From contig CAJTZY010000002.1 in the NCBI GenBank assembly GCA_910584085.1, positions 61,043 through 125,042 of the forward strand: a stretch of 64,000 bases of DNA, in the 5' to 3' direction. Each line of letters starts with the position of its first letter. The first letter of the stretch is position 1. The notes beneath the pieces were generated by a model. That model was not told the DNA's origin, did no database searches, and saw nothing but the letters and a program-made list of their open reading frames with translations. Shown one piece after another: positions 18,241-26,366 of this stretch. Origin of the DNA: an uncultured Bacilli bacterium. GTDB lineage: Bacteria; Bacillota_I; Bacilli_A; RF39; UBA660. Made by a program: the position numbers and the translations under genes.

Positions 18241-18300
18241 AAAAAATGTCATTTTTTGGAAAAAATTGTCAATTTTTATGAATAGGGTCAAATTTTGTAG
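18241..18300. repeat. three 20-bp phased direct repeats, each centred on a (T)GTCA palindrome (iteron/operator-like)
   Basis: aaaaaATGTCAtttttt / aaaaaTTGTCAattttt / agGGTCAaatttt, with GTCA at 18248, 18268 and 18288, an exact 20-bp period. Units 1 and 2 are themselves 8-bp-arm palindromes. Confidence 0.55.
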
Positions 18301-18441
18301 TGATAATATGTAATGTAAGATAGAAAAAGTCTTACTAAAATGAGAGAAAATATAACGAAAAAGTCATTTAACTTATATTAACCTCTATCCGAACAAAGTA
18401 GGACGTTCTCTCTAGGGTAAGTTAAGTGTTAGAAAGGTAAA

Positions 18442-18774
18442 TTGTGTATGAACGATAATAAGAATATTCCAAAGGTTAAAGATTTAAAATTCGATACTAA
18501 AGCTATGTTTGGTGAAACGTTTGGACTATCCGATATTGACGAAGTTGCAATTTGGAAAGACAATGTTAAAACTAACGAATTTGAATACATATACGATTTA
18601 GTGTGTGTCGATAAGAAAATGAAACATATCTACGTAAAATATCCTCGTAAAATAATGGATACTCCAGAAGATATTGTTCCAGTTGAAGTTAATGATTTAG
18701 AAGTTAGTCCATATGTAAGAGACGGAAGACTATATCTAAACATAAAAGCCTCAAATATTAAATTAATGAAATAA
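18442..18774 (+). CDS. hypothetical protein
   Basis: 110-aa ORF. Confidence 0.45.
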   Translation: MCMNDNKNIPKVKDLKFDTKAMFGETFGLSDIDEVAIWKDNVKTNEFEYIYDLVCVDKKMKHIYVKYPRKIMDTPEDIVPVEVNDLEVSPYVRDGRLYLNIKASNIKLMK

Positions 18775-18833
18775 TAAGAGAGCTTAAATGCTCTCCCCTC
18801 TTAAGAGAGGGAGAATAGGAGAAACAATAAATA

Positions 18834-19325
18834 ATGATAAATAATATAAAGGAGCTTCAAAAAAAAGAAGCTATTAAACGATTACAAATATTAACTGAAA
18901 AATTTGATTTAAAATCAAATATACTAGAAGATTTTAAAAAGGATAAAATAAGTTTATCTATTGAAAAATATCTTACTAGTATAGATAGTAAATCTACATT
19001 TGGAGAAATAGTTAAACTACACGAGCAACATAACAATTCACTAGCTTATTACGGTATTGTATTTAAGGCTTTTGATATGCTTATGTTTGCTATTTTAACA
19101 GTTAGTCCATATATAGAGGACTGGGAAAAAGAAAGAGAACTTTTATATAAATATGATAATTTAATATGTTTAAGTGGATATGCTTACAATTTAGATATTC
19201 CAAATAAATGTACTGAATTTATAAATATGATTATAACAAGTGTAAATGGAGCTTTAACTTTTGAAAATGGAACAGTTAAACTTCCAGTTTTACAAGAAAT
19301 TAAGATATATAAGGAGAATGTTTAA
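18834..19325 (+). CDS. hypothetical protein
   Basis: 163-aa ORF. Preceded by an imperfect hairpin CTCCCCTCTTAAGAGAGGGAG. Confidence 0.45.
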   Translation: MINNIKELQKKEAIKRLQILTEKFDLKSNILEDFKKDKISLSIEKYLTSIDSKSTFGEIVKLHEQHNNSLAYYGIVFKAFDMLMFAILTVSPYIEDWEKERELLYKYDNLICLSGYAYNLDIPNKCTEFINMIITSVNGALTFENGTVKLPVLQEIKIYKENV

Positions 19326-19699
19326 TGATAAAAATAATAAATGAAATAATTGATATTGAAAATATCAAAAATGAAGAAATAAAGTATCTATTTATAGAAG
19401 CTAACAATTATATGAATAGTGATAATGTAGAAAATTATATGAAAGCATTATTAAATTATGACAAAATAATAGCACTTGCTGAAAAAATAGGAGATTATGC
19501 AATATGGCCTAAAGCATATTTTGGCTTATATCTAGTATGGGCTAATTATTGTAAAAAAAGTAAAATGCAAGAAAGAAGTAGCTTATTACTTCATTTCATA
19601 GATTTTGCTACTTCTTATGCTGAAAGCTTTAATCAAAAAGAATTAGCAGATAAAATATGGCAAGTATCCGAAGAGTATATAGAAAAGGAGAAAGAATAA
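19325..19699 (+). CDS. hypothetical protein, paralog of the next ORF
   Basis: ALLNYDKIIALAEKIGDYAIWPKAYFGLYLVWANYC compared with ALSNYNEFLNIGERFKDYSRHHEGYWGMYLTWYNHC in the next gene. Confidence 0.45.
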   Translation: MIKIINEIIDIENIKNEEIKYLFIEANNYMNSDNVENYMKALLNYDKIIALAEKIGDYAIWPKAYFGLYLVWANYCKKSKMQERSSLLLHFIDFATSYAESFNQKELADKIWQVSEEYIEKEKE

Positions 19700-20049
19700 T
19701 GGAAGAAAAATTTGTACCTATTATTGATTTAGGGAAAAAAAGAGAGAGGCTTTTAAAGGAAGCCGAAATTTATAGAAAAAATGGTGAAATAGCAAAAGCA
19801 CTATCAAACTATAATGAATTTTTAAATATTGGAGAGAGATTTAAAGATTATTCTAGACATCACGAGGGATATTGGGGTATGTATCTTACTTGGTATAATC
19901 ATTGCCTATTATGTAAGGACTGGAGTACTTTAGTTGAAGATTTATACAATGTAGCTCTAGTATATGCACCCAGTGAAAAGCAAGAAGAATATAAAAAAAT
20001 TTACGAGAAAAATCTAAAATCTTTTAATCAAGAAATTTCTAATAAGTAA
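19700..20049 (+). CDS. hypothetical protein, paralog of the previous ORF
   Basis: ATG 19700 with a GGAGAAAG RBS. Terminator hairpins AGAGAGATATGTTCTCTCT and TCCCTACCATTAGGGA follow at 20053-20095. Confidence 0.45.
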
Positions 20050-20099
20050 TTAAAGAGAGATATGTTCTCTCTTCCCTACCATTAGGGAAAAAAGGAGTA

Positions 20100-21323
20100 A
20101 TGATTTTAATGATACATAATTTACTGAAAAAAATTAATTATATTAAAAGCTATATCGTTCTATTATATATAATATTTGCTCAATTAATGTGGCATTGTAA
20201 AGAGTACGTTTTAATTGAATTAATGAACGTGAAACAAAACTCTATACTATATTATATTTATGTGTTAAGTCTAGGTGGAGTTCTAACCTTTATTTTACTA
20301 GCAATAATCATAACTTTAAAACCACTTAATTTAAAAAAAGAAAACAATAAAAAAGATACTAAAATTATGTCAGATATAGGAATAAAAAATAAAAATGGAG
20401 AAATACCAGTAAAATATAAAATATTTAAAAGCGATTTTAAAGAAAATGGACTTATAATTAGATTCATAAGCAAGAATATTCCTCAAGCAAAATTCGAAGA
20501 ATATAAACCAAATTTAGAAAGAGCTTACGATATAAATATATATAGATTTAAAGAAATACCAAGTAAACAAAAATATATAGATATATATTGTGTACCTAAA
20601 GAATATGACACCATTAGAGATTTTGTCTTATCAAATGAAGATACATTTAAAAATAATTTCATACACGAATTAGTAATTGGAGGTACAAGAAGTGGTAAAA
20701 CATACTACACTAAAGGCGAAGTCGCTAAAGTAATAATGAATTTAGAAAATATAAATAAAGATGAAAAAATTGAACTTTTTATAGCCGATTTTAAAAATGA
20801 GGATTTTATACAATTTAAAAATTGTACTAATTATTATGGCTATCTTAATGCTGTTGACGGTATAAACAAAGTTTATGACATTATGAATAAAAGAGCCGAA
20901 AGTGGCGAAAATAATTCTAATTATAGTACTATAATTTTACTTATTGACGAATATAGTTCTTTACTTGATTATTTAAGTATAATAAATAAAACTCAAGCAA
21001 ACACTTTAAAAGGTAATGTAGCTAGTTTACTAAAAATGGGAGCTAGTAAAAAAATTAAATTATTAGTCGTAGACCAAGGTGGATATTCGGAAATATTTTC
21101 TGGGGCTAGGCTGAATTTCAAAAGTATAGTGGGTTTTTCTCAATTAAATGAAAGTCATATAAATATGTTTTTTAAAGACTATGATATTAAAGAAATAAAT
21201 TCACAAGGAGAAGCTTATTTATGGGAAGAAGGTAAATCGGAGTTAACTAGATTTAGGGTTATTAAATATAGTGAAGAGGAAGAAAAACTAATTGATAAAA
21301 TTTTAGGGAGTAAGCTATCTTAA
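20100..21323 (+). CDS. FtsK/SpoIIIE/TcpA-like DNA-translocase ATPase (coupling-protein-like)
   Basis: N-terminal TM region. Walker A GGTRSGKT and Walker B LLIDEYSS. In the position of Tn916 orf21. Confidence 0.65.
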   Translation: MILMIHNLLKKINYIKSYIVLLYIIFAQLMWHCKEYVLIELMNVKQNSILYYIYVLSLGGVLTFILLAIIITLKPLNLKKENNKKDTKIMSDIGIKNKNGEIPVKYKIFKSDFKENGLIIRFISKNIPQAKFEEYKPNLERAYDINIYRFKEIPSKQKYIDIYCVPKEYDTIRDFVLSNEDTFKNNFIHELVIGGTRSGKTYYTKGEVAKVIMNLENINKDEKIELFIADFKNEDFIQFKNCTNYYGYLNAVDGINKVYDIMNKRAESGENNSNYSTIILLIDEYSSLLDYLSIINKTQANTLKGNVASLLKMGASKKIKLLVVDQGGYSEIFSGARLNFKSIVGFSQLNESHINMFFKDYDIKEINSQGEAYLWEEGKSELTRFRVIKYSEEEEKLIDKILGSKLS

Positions 21324-21334
21324 TAGCAAGTTAG

Positions 21335-21400
21335 GTTTAATCGTGGCCGTACGGCGACACGAAGTGAGAGCCAGTACGATCCACGAGGCCACCGTAGGTG
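21335..21400. promoter_or_regulatory. GC-rich (about 60%) palindrome cluster, putative oriT / nick site / double-strand origin
   Basis: cgtgGCCGTACGGCgacacg contains the perfect 10-bp palindrome GCCGTACGGC; aGGCCACCgtaGGTGGCt forms a 6-bp stem. The region is embedded in roughly 28% GC DNA between the ATPase and Rep genes, the same position as oriT in Tn916 (orf21/orf20 intergenic). Confidence 0.5.
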
Positions 21401-21450
21401 GCTATTGACTTGACTTATGAAACACAAAAGAAAGTATCATAATTATTTTT

Positions 21451-22356
21451 ATGAAGATAGAAGTATTAAAAAATAACCCTATACGTTTAACAGACGAAAG
21501 CCAAGTTATTTACAAAGAAGCTAATCAAAAAGTGGAAATTAAGCACGTAGCAAAAAATACTGGTGGATATATCCGAAGAATTGACAAAGACCACTATTAT
21601 ACTGTACGTGATGGCGAAGTACATACTTTTAATCATAAAGCAAAGTCTAGAAAAGATACAATTAACTCACTAAAGAGAAGTTTTTCAAAACTTAAAGAAC
21701 TTATTGATATTAACTGTACCGAGCCTAAAAAAGTGCAATTTATTACTTTTACTTTCCGTGAAGTAGTTCGAGATACAAAGGTTGTCTATGATAGTTTTAA
21801 AAAATTTAATTATAGATACAAAAGATATTTAAAAAAACATAATCTACCGAGTGAATATTCCTATATTGTGGTTTTAGAGGCACAGGGGCCGAAACACGGC
21901 TACTGTTGGCACTTGCATTGCTTATACATTTTCAAAAATTGTAAAAAAGCTCCATACGTTCCGAACGAAACGATACAAACTAATATATGGAAGCTCGGAC
22001 ACACAAGTACAAGTTCCTTAAAAGGAATAAAAAGCATATCCAACTATTTAGTATCTTACTTAACCGACGTTTGTCTTGATGAAGAGAATATGAAAAAATT
22101 AAAGGGAAAAAAAGGAGATAAAGCCGTGGTAAAAAATGAGAGGCTTAAGTATTATCCAGTTGGTGTTAGATTATTTCGTACAAGCCGTAATATTGTACGA
22201 GCTAGTATAACAAAAATGACGGAAGCAGAAGCACAAAGAAAGCTAGGAGATAATTCTATTTTAACTTATGAAAAAACTCTACGTATATCTAACTATGAGA
22301 ATACAACTATAAATATTGTAAATTATAGACACTATAATAAAATAAATAAAAAATAA
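21451..22356 (+). CDS. HUH-type rolling-circle Rep/relaxase (Rep_trans-like)
   Basis: HGYCWHLHCLYIF (HUH motif H-L-H) with downstream Tyr candidates. 301 aa. Adjacent to the putative oriT. Confidence 0.6.
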   Translation: MKIEVLKNNPIRLTDESQVIYKEANQKVEIKHVAKNTGGYIRRIDKDHYYTVRDGEVHTFNHKAKSRKDTINSLKRSFSKLKELIDINCTEPKKVQFITFTFREVVRDTKVVYDSFKKFNYRYKRYLKKHNLPSEYSYIVVLEAQGPKHGYCWHLHCLYIFKNCKKAPYVPNETIQTNIWKLGHTSTSSLKGIKSISNYLVSYLTDVCLDEENMKKLKGKKGDKAVVKNERLKYYPVGVRLFRTSRNIVRASITKMTEAEAQRKLGDNSILTYEKTLRISNYENTTINIVNYRHYNKINKK

Positions 22357-22419
22357 ATATTTATTCATTACTGAGGAAAGGAAAAGGTGTCATTTTTAAT
22401 TATAAGGAGATGATGTCTT

Positions 22420-22683
22420 TTGAATAAAGAAGAAACAAAATATATACGTCCTAGTAATCAAGAGTTAAATAAGAATTATAATAGCAGTATTGACGTACCT
22501 ATTTGGGAAAAATACACACTTACTATTGAAGAAGCTTCTAAATACTTCCGTATAGGCGAAAATAAGCTCCGTAAACTTGCAGAAGAAAATATCACGTCAA
22601 ATTGGGTTATTTTAAACGGTAATCGTATCCAAATCAAACGAAAACAGTTTGAAAGCCTAATTGATAAGCAAAACACAATTTAA
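22420..22683 (+). CDS. xis: excisionase, Tn916 Xis-like
   Basis: [31 protein letters not shown]...[13 protein letters not shown] closely matches the Tn916 Xis sequence as recalled. TTG start with a TAAGGAGA RBS. Confidence 0.8.
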   Translation: MNKEETKYIRPSNQELNKNYNSSIDVPIWEKYTLTIEEASKYFRIGENKLRKLAEENITSNWVILNGNRIQIKRKQFESLIDKQNTI

Positions 22684-22761
22684 GTGAAAATGAGCCTAAA
22701 AATGTGTTATAATGAATATGCATATCAAGGCTCTTTCTTAATTGAGAGGAGCTAATAAAAT

Positions 22762-24054
22762 ATGACTAAAAGACGTGATAATAGACAACGTTTATTACAT
22801 AATGGAGAGAGCCAAAGAAAAGACGGAAGATATGCTTTTAAATATATTGATACTTTTGGAAAACCACAATTTATATATTCGTGGCGACTTGTACCAACGG
22901 ATAAGACACCAGTAGGTAAGCGAAATGACTTATCTTTACGAGAAAAAGAAAAGATTTTACAAAGAGATATTGACGACGGAATAGACACGATAGGTAAAAA
23001 AATGACAGTATGTCAATTGTATTCAAAACATACACGACAACGTGGAAATGTTAAGGATAATACTGAAATAGGACGTAATAGACTTATGAAGCTATTAGAA
23101 GAAGATAAGCTCGGTCATTGTGCTATTGAAAAGGTAAATATATCCGATGCAATAGATTTTGTAATTCGTATGAAAGAAAAAGGAATAGCTTATAAAACTA
23201 TAAGTAATGATAAAAGGTCTTTAAAGGCCACTTTTTATACAGCTATACGAAATAATTGTATAAGAACTAACCCTTTTGATTTCCAAATCAGTGAGGTACT
23301 AAAAGACGATACAAAGCCAAAAGTACCACTTACACAAGAACAAGAGGATAGTTTGTTATTATTTATTCAAAGTGATAATGTTTACTATAAATACTATGAC
23401 GATGTTATTCTCCTTTTAGAAACTGGACTACGTATTTCTGAATTTTGTGGACTAACTGAAAAAGACATTGATTTTGAAAACCGACTAATCAATGTAGACC
23501 ACCAACTATTAAGAAACAAGAAGCGAGGCTACTATATTGAAGAGCCTAAAACTGAAAAAGGAAAGCGAAAAATACCTATGAGCGAAAAGGCTTATATAGT
23601 ATTTAAACGTGTAATAGAAAGAAGCAAGAAATATGATAAGTCAATAACTATTGACGGATATAGTGGCTTTATATTTATAAAAAATAATGGTTATCCTAAA
23701 GTATGTTGTGATTATGATAGTGTATTTCGTGGTATAAAGAAGAAGTATAATAAAAAAAGCAATAGTATAGCTCTACCCAATGTTATGACACCTCATACAC
23801 TACGTCATACATTTTGTACGAACTGGGCTAATGCAGGTATGAACCCTCATACTCTACAATACATAATGGGTCATGCAAATATTCTTATTACACTAAGTTA
23901 TTATACACACCCTACCTATATGTCGGCTCAAGCTGAAATGGAGAGAATACGAAAACAACAACAAATTTACTACTCTTGTACTACTTTTGAAAGCGAAAAT
24001 ATAAAAAGTAATAACAATTTATGTGAATATCTTCCACAATTAAAAATGTCTTAA
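22762..24054 (+). CDS. int: tyrosine integrase, Tn916 Int-Tn family
   Basis: N-terminal MTKRRDNRQRLLHNGESQRKDGRYAFKYIDTFGKPQFIYSWRL and C-terminal HTLRHTFCTNWANAGMNPHTLQYIMGHANI...YYTH (R-H-R-Y catalytic region) align along the whole length to Int-Tn as recalled. Confidence 0.9.
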   Translation: MTKRRDNRQRLLHNGESQRKDGRYAFKYIDTFGKPQFIYSWRLVPTDKTPVGKRNDLSLREKEKILQRDIDDGIDTIGKKMTVCQLYSKHTRQRGNVKDNTEIGRNRLMKLLEEDKLGHCAIEKVNISDAIDFVIRMKEKGIAYKTISNDKRSLKATFYTAIRNNCIRTNPFDFQISEVLKDDTKPKVPLTQEQEDSLLLFIQSDNVYYKYYDDVILLLETGLRISEFCGLTEKDIDFENRLINVDHQLLRNKKRGYYIEEPKTEKGKRKIPMSEKAYIVFKRVIERSKKYDKSITIDGYSGFIFIKNNGYPKVCCDYDSVFRGIKKKYNKKSNSIALPNVMTPHTLRHTFCTNWANAGMNPHTLQYIMGHANILITLSYYTHPTYMSAQAEMERIRKQQQIYYSCTTFESENIKSNNNLCEYLPQLKMS

Positions 24055-24196
24055 AACCTTATAAATAAAGGATATAAAGACATTTAAGAATATTTAAAAA
24101 AATAGTTAAAAATTATATATTATTTTCATACTAAAAATAAATAAATTAAAAATTGCTAATAGATTAAAAATAATGTATAATTAGATTGGTGATTGT

Positions 24197-25027
24197 ATGA
24201 ATAATGTATATAAATCAGAAGAAGAATTTTTAAAAAATTACAATTCAGATGATTTTGAAAAATTATCTATGACAGCTGATATATTAATATTTAGTGTATC
24301 TAGTGAAGAAAGTGATAATTACAGGAAGACTGATAAAAAGAAAATGAGTATATTACTTGTAAAGAGAAATAATTATCCTTTTAAGGATAAATGGTGCTTG
24401 CCAGGTGGTTTCGTAGATATAAACGAGGATTTAGATGATGCACCTGTTAGAATACTTAAAAGGGAAACTAATATAGATAATATATATCTTGAACAATTAT
24501 ATACATTTGGTGATACTAAAAGGGATCCACGTATGAGAGTTGTATCTACTTCTTATATTGCTCTTATAGATAAAAATAGATTGGATAAGAATATAAGTGG
24601 TGATTCTTCATGGTTTGATATAGCGCTTTTAGAAGAAAAGGATAATATCGTTGATATAGTTTTAGATAATGGCCGTGAAACAATTAAGTTTACTATAGAG
24701 AAGATATTAAGGGAAAAAACTACTGATAGATATTCATTTAAAGTACTTGAAAATAAATCTTTGGCTTTTGATCATCCTATTGTTATATTATCTGGAATAG
24801 AAAGACTAAAGAATAAAATAGAGTATACTGATATAGTATTTAATATGATGCCAGAGTTATTTACTTTAGGTGAACTTCAACAGGTTTATGAAGTAATTCT
24901 TGGTAAAAAATTATTAGATCCAGCTTTTAGAAGAATAATTGCAAATAAAGTTGAGAAAACTAAGAAAATGAAAACAGGTGGAGGACATCGGCCATCCGCA
25001 CTCTTTAAATATAAAAATAATTTATGA
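24197..25027 (+). CDS. nrtR: NrtR-like regulator: degenerate Nudix domain fused to a C-terminal winged helix
   Basis: GGFVDINEDLDDAPVRILKRETN has Gx5E but lacks the canonical RE spacing. C-terminal ...ELFTLGELQQVYEVILGKKLLDPAFRRII resembles the NrtR wHTH. 276 aa. Confidence 0.6.
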   Translation: MNNVYKSEEEFLKNYNSDDFEKLSMTADILIFSVSSEESDNYRKTDKKKMSILLVKRNNYPFKDKWCLPGGFVDINEDLDDAPVRILKRETNIDNIYLEQLYTFGDTKRDPRMRVVSTSYIALIDKNRLDKNISGDSSWFDIALLEEKDNIVDIVLDNGRETIKFTIEKILREKTTDRYSFKVLENKSLAFDHPIVILSGIERLKNKIEYTDIVFNMMPELFTLGELQQVYEVILGKKLLDPAFRRIIANKVEKTKKMKTGGGHRPSALFKYKNNL

Positions 25028-25061
25028 GAGATTAACTTTTCTTTTGATTGTGGGTGAAAGC

Positions 25062-25541
25062 ATGAAAGTAACACATGAATTTGGCCCCTTTTATGATGAA
25101 CATTCTAAAATATTAATATTAGGTAGTATTCCATCACCAAAATCTAGAGAACTTGGGTTTTATTATATGCACCCTCAAAACAGATTTTGGAGTGTTTTAT
25201 CTCATATATTTGGTGAGGATATTCCAGTTACAATAATAGATAAGAAGAAATTTTTAAAAAGACATAATATTGCTTTATGGGATGTTTTAGAGTCTTGTGA
25301 AATAGAAGGTGCGAGTGATAGTAGTATAAAGGATCCAATACCTAATGATATTGAAAAAATATTAAAATCATCAAAGATAGAAAAAATTTATACAACAGGC
25401 ATGACTGCTTATAAACTTTATAATAAATATATATTTAAAAGTGTAGGAATTGATGCAATTTGTTTACCTTCTACTTCAAGTGCGAACGCTAAAATGAATT
25501 TTGATTCATTAGTTTACGAATATAAAAAAATATTAGATTGA
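25062..25541 (+). CDS. uracil-DNA-glycosylase-superfamily DNA glycosylase (family 6/HDG- or Mug-like)
   Basis: ILILGSIPSPKSRELGFYYMHPQNRFW (G-S-x-P-S motif A). Start moved to ATG 25062, which has a GGGTGA RBS; the ORF-track start at 24978 overlaps the nrtR-like gene. Confidence 0.6.
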   Translation: MKVTHEFGPFYDEHSKILILGSIPSPKSRELGFYYMHPQNRFWSVLSHIFGEDIPVTIIDKKKFLKRHNIALWDVLESCEIEGASDSSIKDPIPNDIEKILKSSKIEKIYTTGMTAYKLYNKYIFKSVGIDAICLPSTSSANAKMNFDSLVYEYKKILD

Positions 25542-25566
25542 ATTCTAATATTTTTAGTATGTTCGC

Positions 25567-25595
25567 TTGTATATCACTTGCACCTATAGTATAAT
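25567..25595 (+). promoter_or_regulatory. promoter of toxin-like ORF copy 1 (TTGTAT, 17 nt, TATAAT); the copy-2 equivalent is at 25954-25982
   Basis: TTGTAT at 25567-72, 17-nt spacer, TATAAT at 25590-95. The same arrangement is offset 387 bp in copy 2. Confidence 0.6.
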
Positions 25596-25656
25596 GTATA
25601 TGGAATATCAGTTGTTGAGTGTCTGCCTTCCAACTTAAATGTTAGGAGGTGATAAG

Positions 25657-25749
25657 ATGAAAAAAAGAATTTTCATTATAAAAATTCTAAGATACATCGC
25701 TATCATTTTACTACTTCTTATCACAATGATAATAGTAATAAAAAAATGA
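25657..25749 (+). CDS. 30-aa hydrophobic peptide, type I toxin-like (copy 1), not in the ORF track
   Basis: AGGAGGTGA RBS 7 nt upstream. MKKRIFIIKILRYIAIILLLLITMIIVIKK: a single TM helix with Lys at both ends. Followed by the hairpins TTAATCTTtgcaAAGATTAA and ACATTCA-N12-TGAATGT plus a T-run. Confidence 0.6.
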   Translation: MKKRIFIIKILRYIAIILLLLITMIIVIKK

Positions 25750-25868
25750 CACTTAATCTTTGCATTAAGATTAAATGTCTGAACAAATTAATTTTTGAGT
25801 AGACATTCAACATTGCAAAACTGAATGTTCCACTTTTTTATTTTATGCAGATTTCTCTTGACATATTC

Positions 25869-25897
25869 ATCTTAACATAATTTGTACTATTTGTCAA
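25869..25897 (-). promoter_or_regulatory. convergent antisense promoter (copy 1): TTGACA, 17 nt, TAAGAT on the minus strand; copy 2 at 26252-26280
   Basis: Minus-strand TTGACA is the reverse complement of 25892-25897; the -10 TAAGAT is the reverse complement of 25869-25874. The predicted antisense transcript of about 120 nt ends at the T-run overlapping the peptide stop codon (around 25742). Confidence 0.5.
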
Positions 25898-26044
25898 ACA
25901 TAATATAAACAAAAAAATATTGGATTGAAGTCTAATATTTTTAGTATGTTCGCTTGTATATCACTTGCACCTATAGTATAATGTATATGGAATATCAGTT
26001 GTTGAGTGTCTACCAAATCTCTTATAGGGAGGAGGTTGATAAAA

Positions 26045-26137
26045 ATGAAAGCTAAGACTTTTATTGTGAAAGTTTTAAAGCTCATTGCTATCATTTTATT
26101 TCTCCTAATCATTATGATAGTAGTAATAAAAAAATGA
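26045..26137 (+). CDS. 30-aa hydrophobic peptide, type I toxin-like (copy 2), not in the ORF track
   Basis: GGGAGGAGG RBS. MKAKTFIVKVLKLIAIILFLLIIMIVVIKK. Same downstream hairpins and T-run as copy 1. Confidence 0.6.
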   Translation: MKAKTFIVKVLKLIAIILFLLIIMIVVIKK

Positions 26138-26366
26138 CACTTAATTCAATATTGAATTAAATGTCTCTTTGATTAATCATGGTAGACATTCAACATTGCA
26201 AAACTGAATGTTCCACTTTTTTATTATATGCAAGTTTTCCTTGACATATTCATCTTAACATAATTTGTACTATTTGTCAAACATAATATGCAAACAAAAA
26301 AATAAGATTTTGCCATAAATTTTTCATATATTTGATAATTATGATATAATAATCCTGGTGATGTTT

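Larger units (their letters stand above)
18160..24196 (+). mobile_element. Tn916-family integrative mobilizable element; boundaries approximate and the left end may lie at about 16.2 kb
   Basis: Contiguous FtsK/TcpA-like ATPase, GC-rich palindromic putative oriT, HUH Rep/relaxase, Xis-Tn-like and Int-Tn-like genes. No T4SS genes are present. Confidence 0.65.
25525..26298. repeat. tandem direct duplication of a 387-bp unit (25525-25911 and 25912-26298)
   Basis: Unit boundaries at ...aaaaaaatattagattgaattctaatattttta versus ...aaaaaaatattggattgaagtctaatattttta. The flanks are near-identical; the divergence is concentrated in the small ORF and its RBS. Confidence 0.9.

Noticed and set aside
18241-18300. 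20-bp repeats considered as a CRISPR array
   Set aside because: Three degenerate A/T-tract units without unique spacers; no cas genes.
21330-21400. GC-rich island considered as a tRNA or small structured RNA gene
   Set aside because: No acceptor/T-loop (GTTCGAATC-like) or anticodon architecture. The palindromes are DNA-type (perfect, symmetric) and the position matches a transfer origin.
25525-26298. Tandem repeat considered as a CRISPR array or IS-element end
   Set aside because: Only two copies, of 387 bp, each containing a promoter, ORF and terminator. There are no short spacer/repeat units and no transposase.
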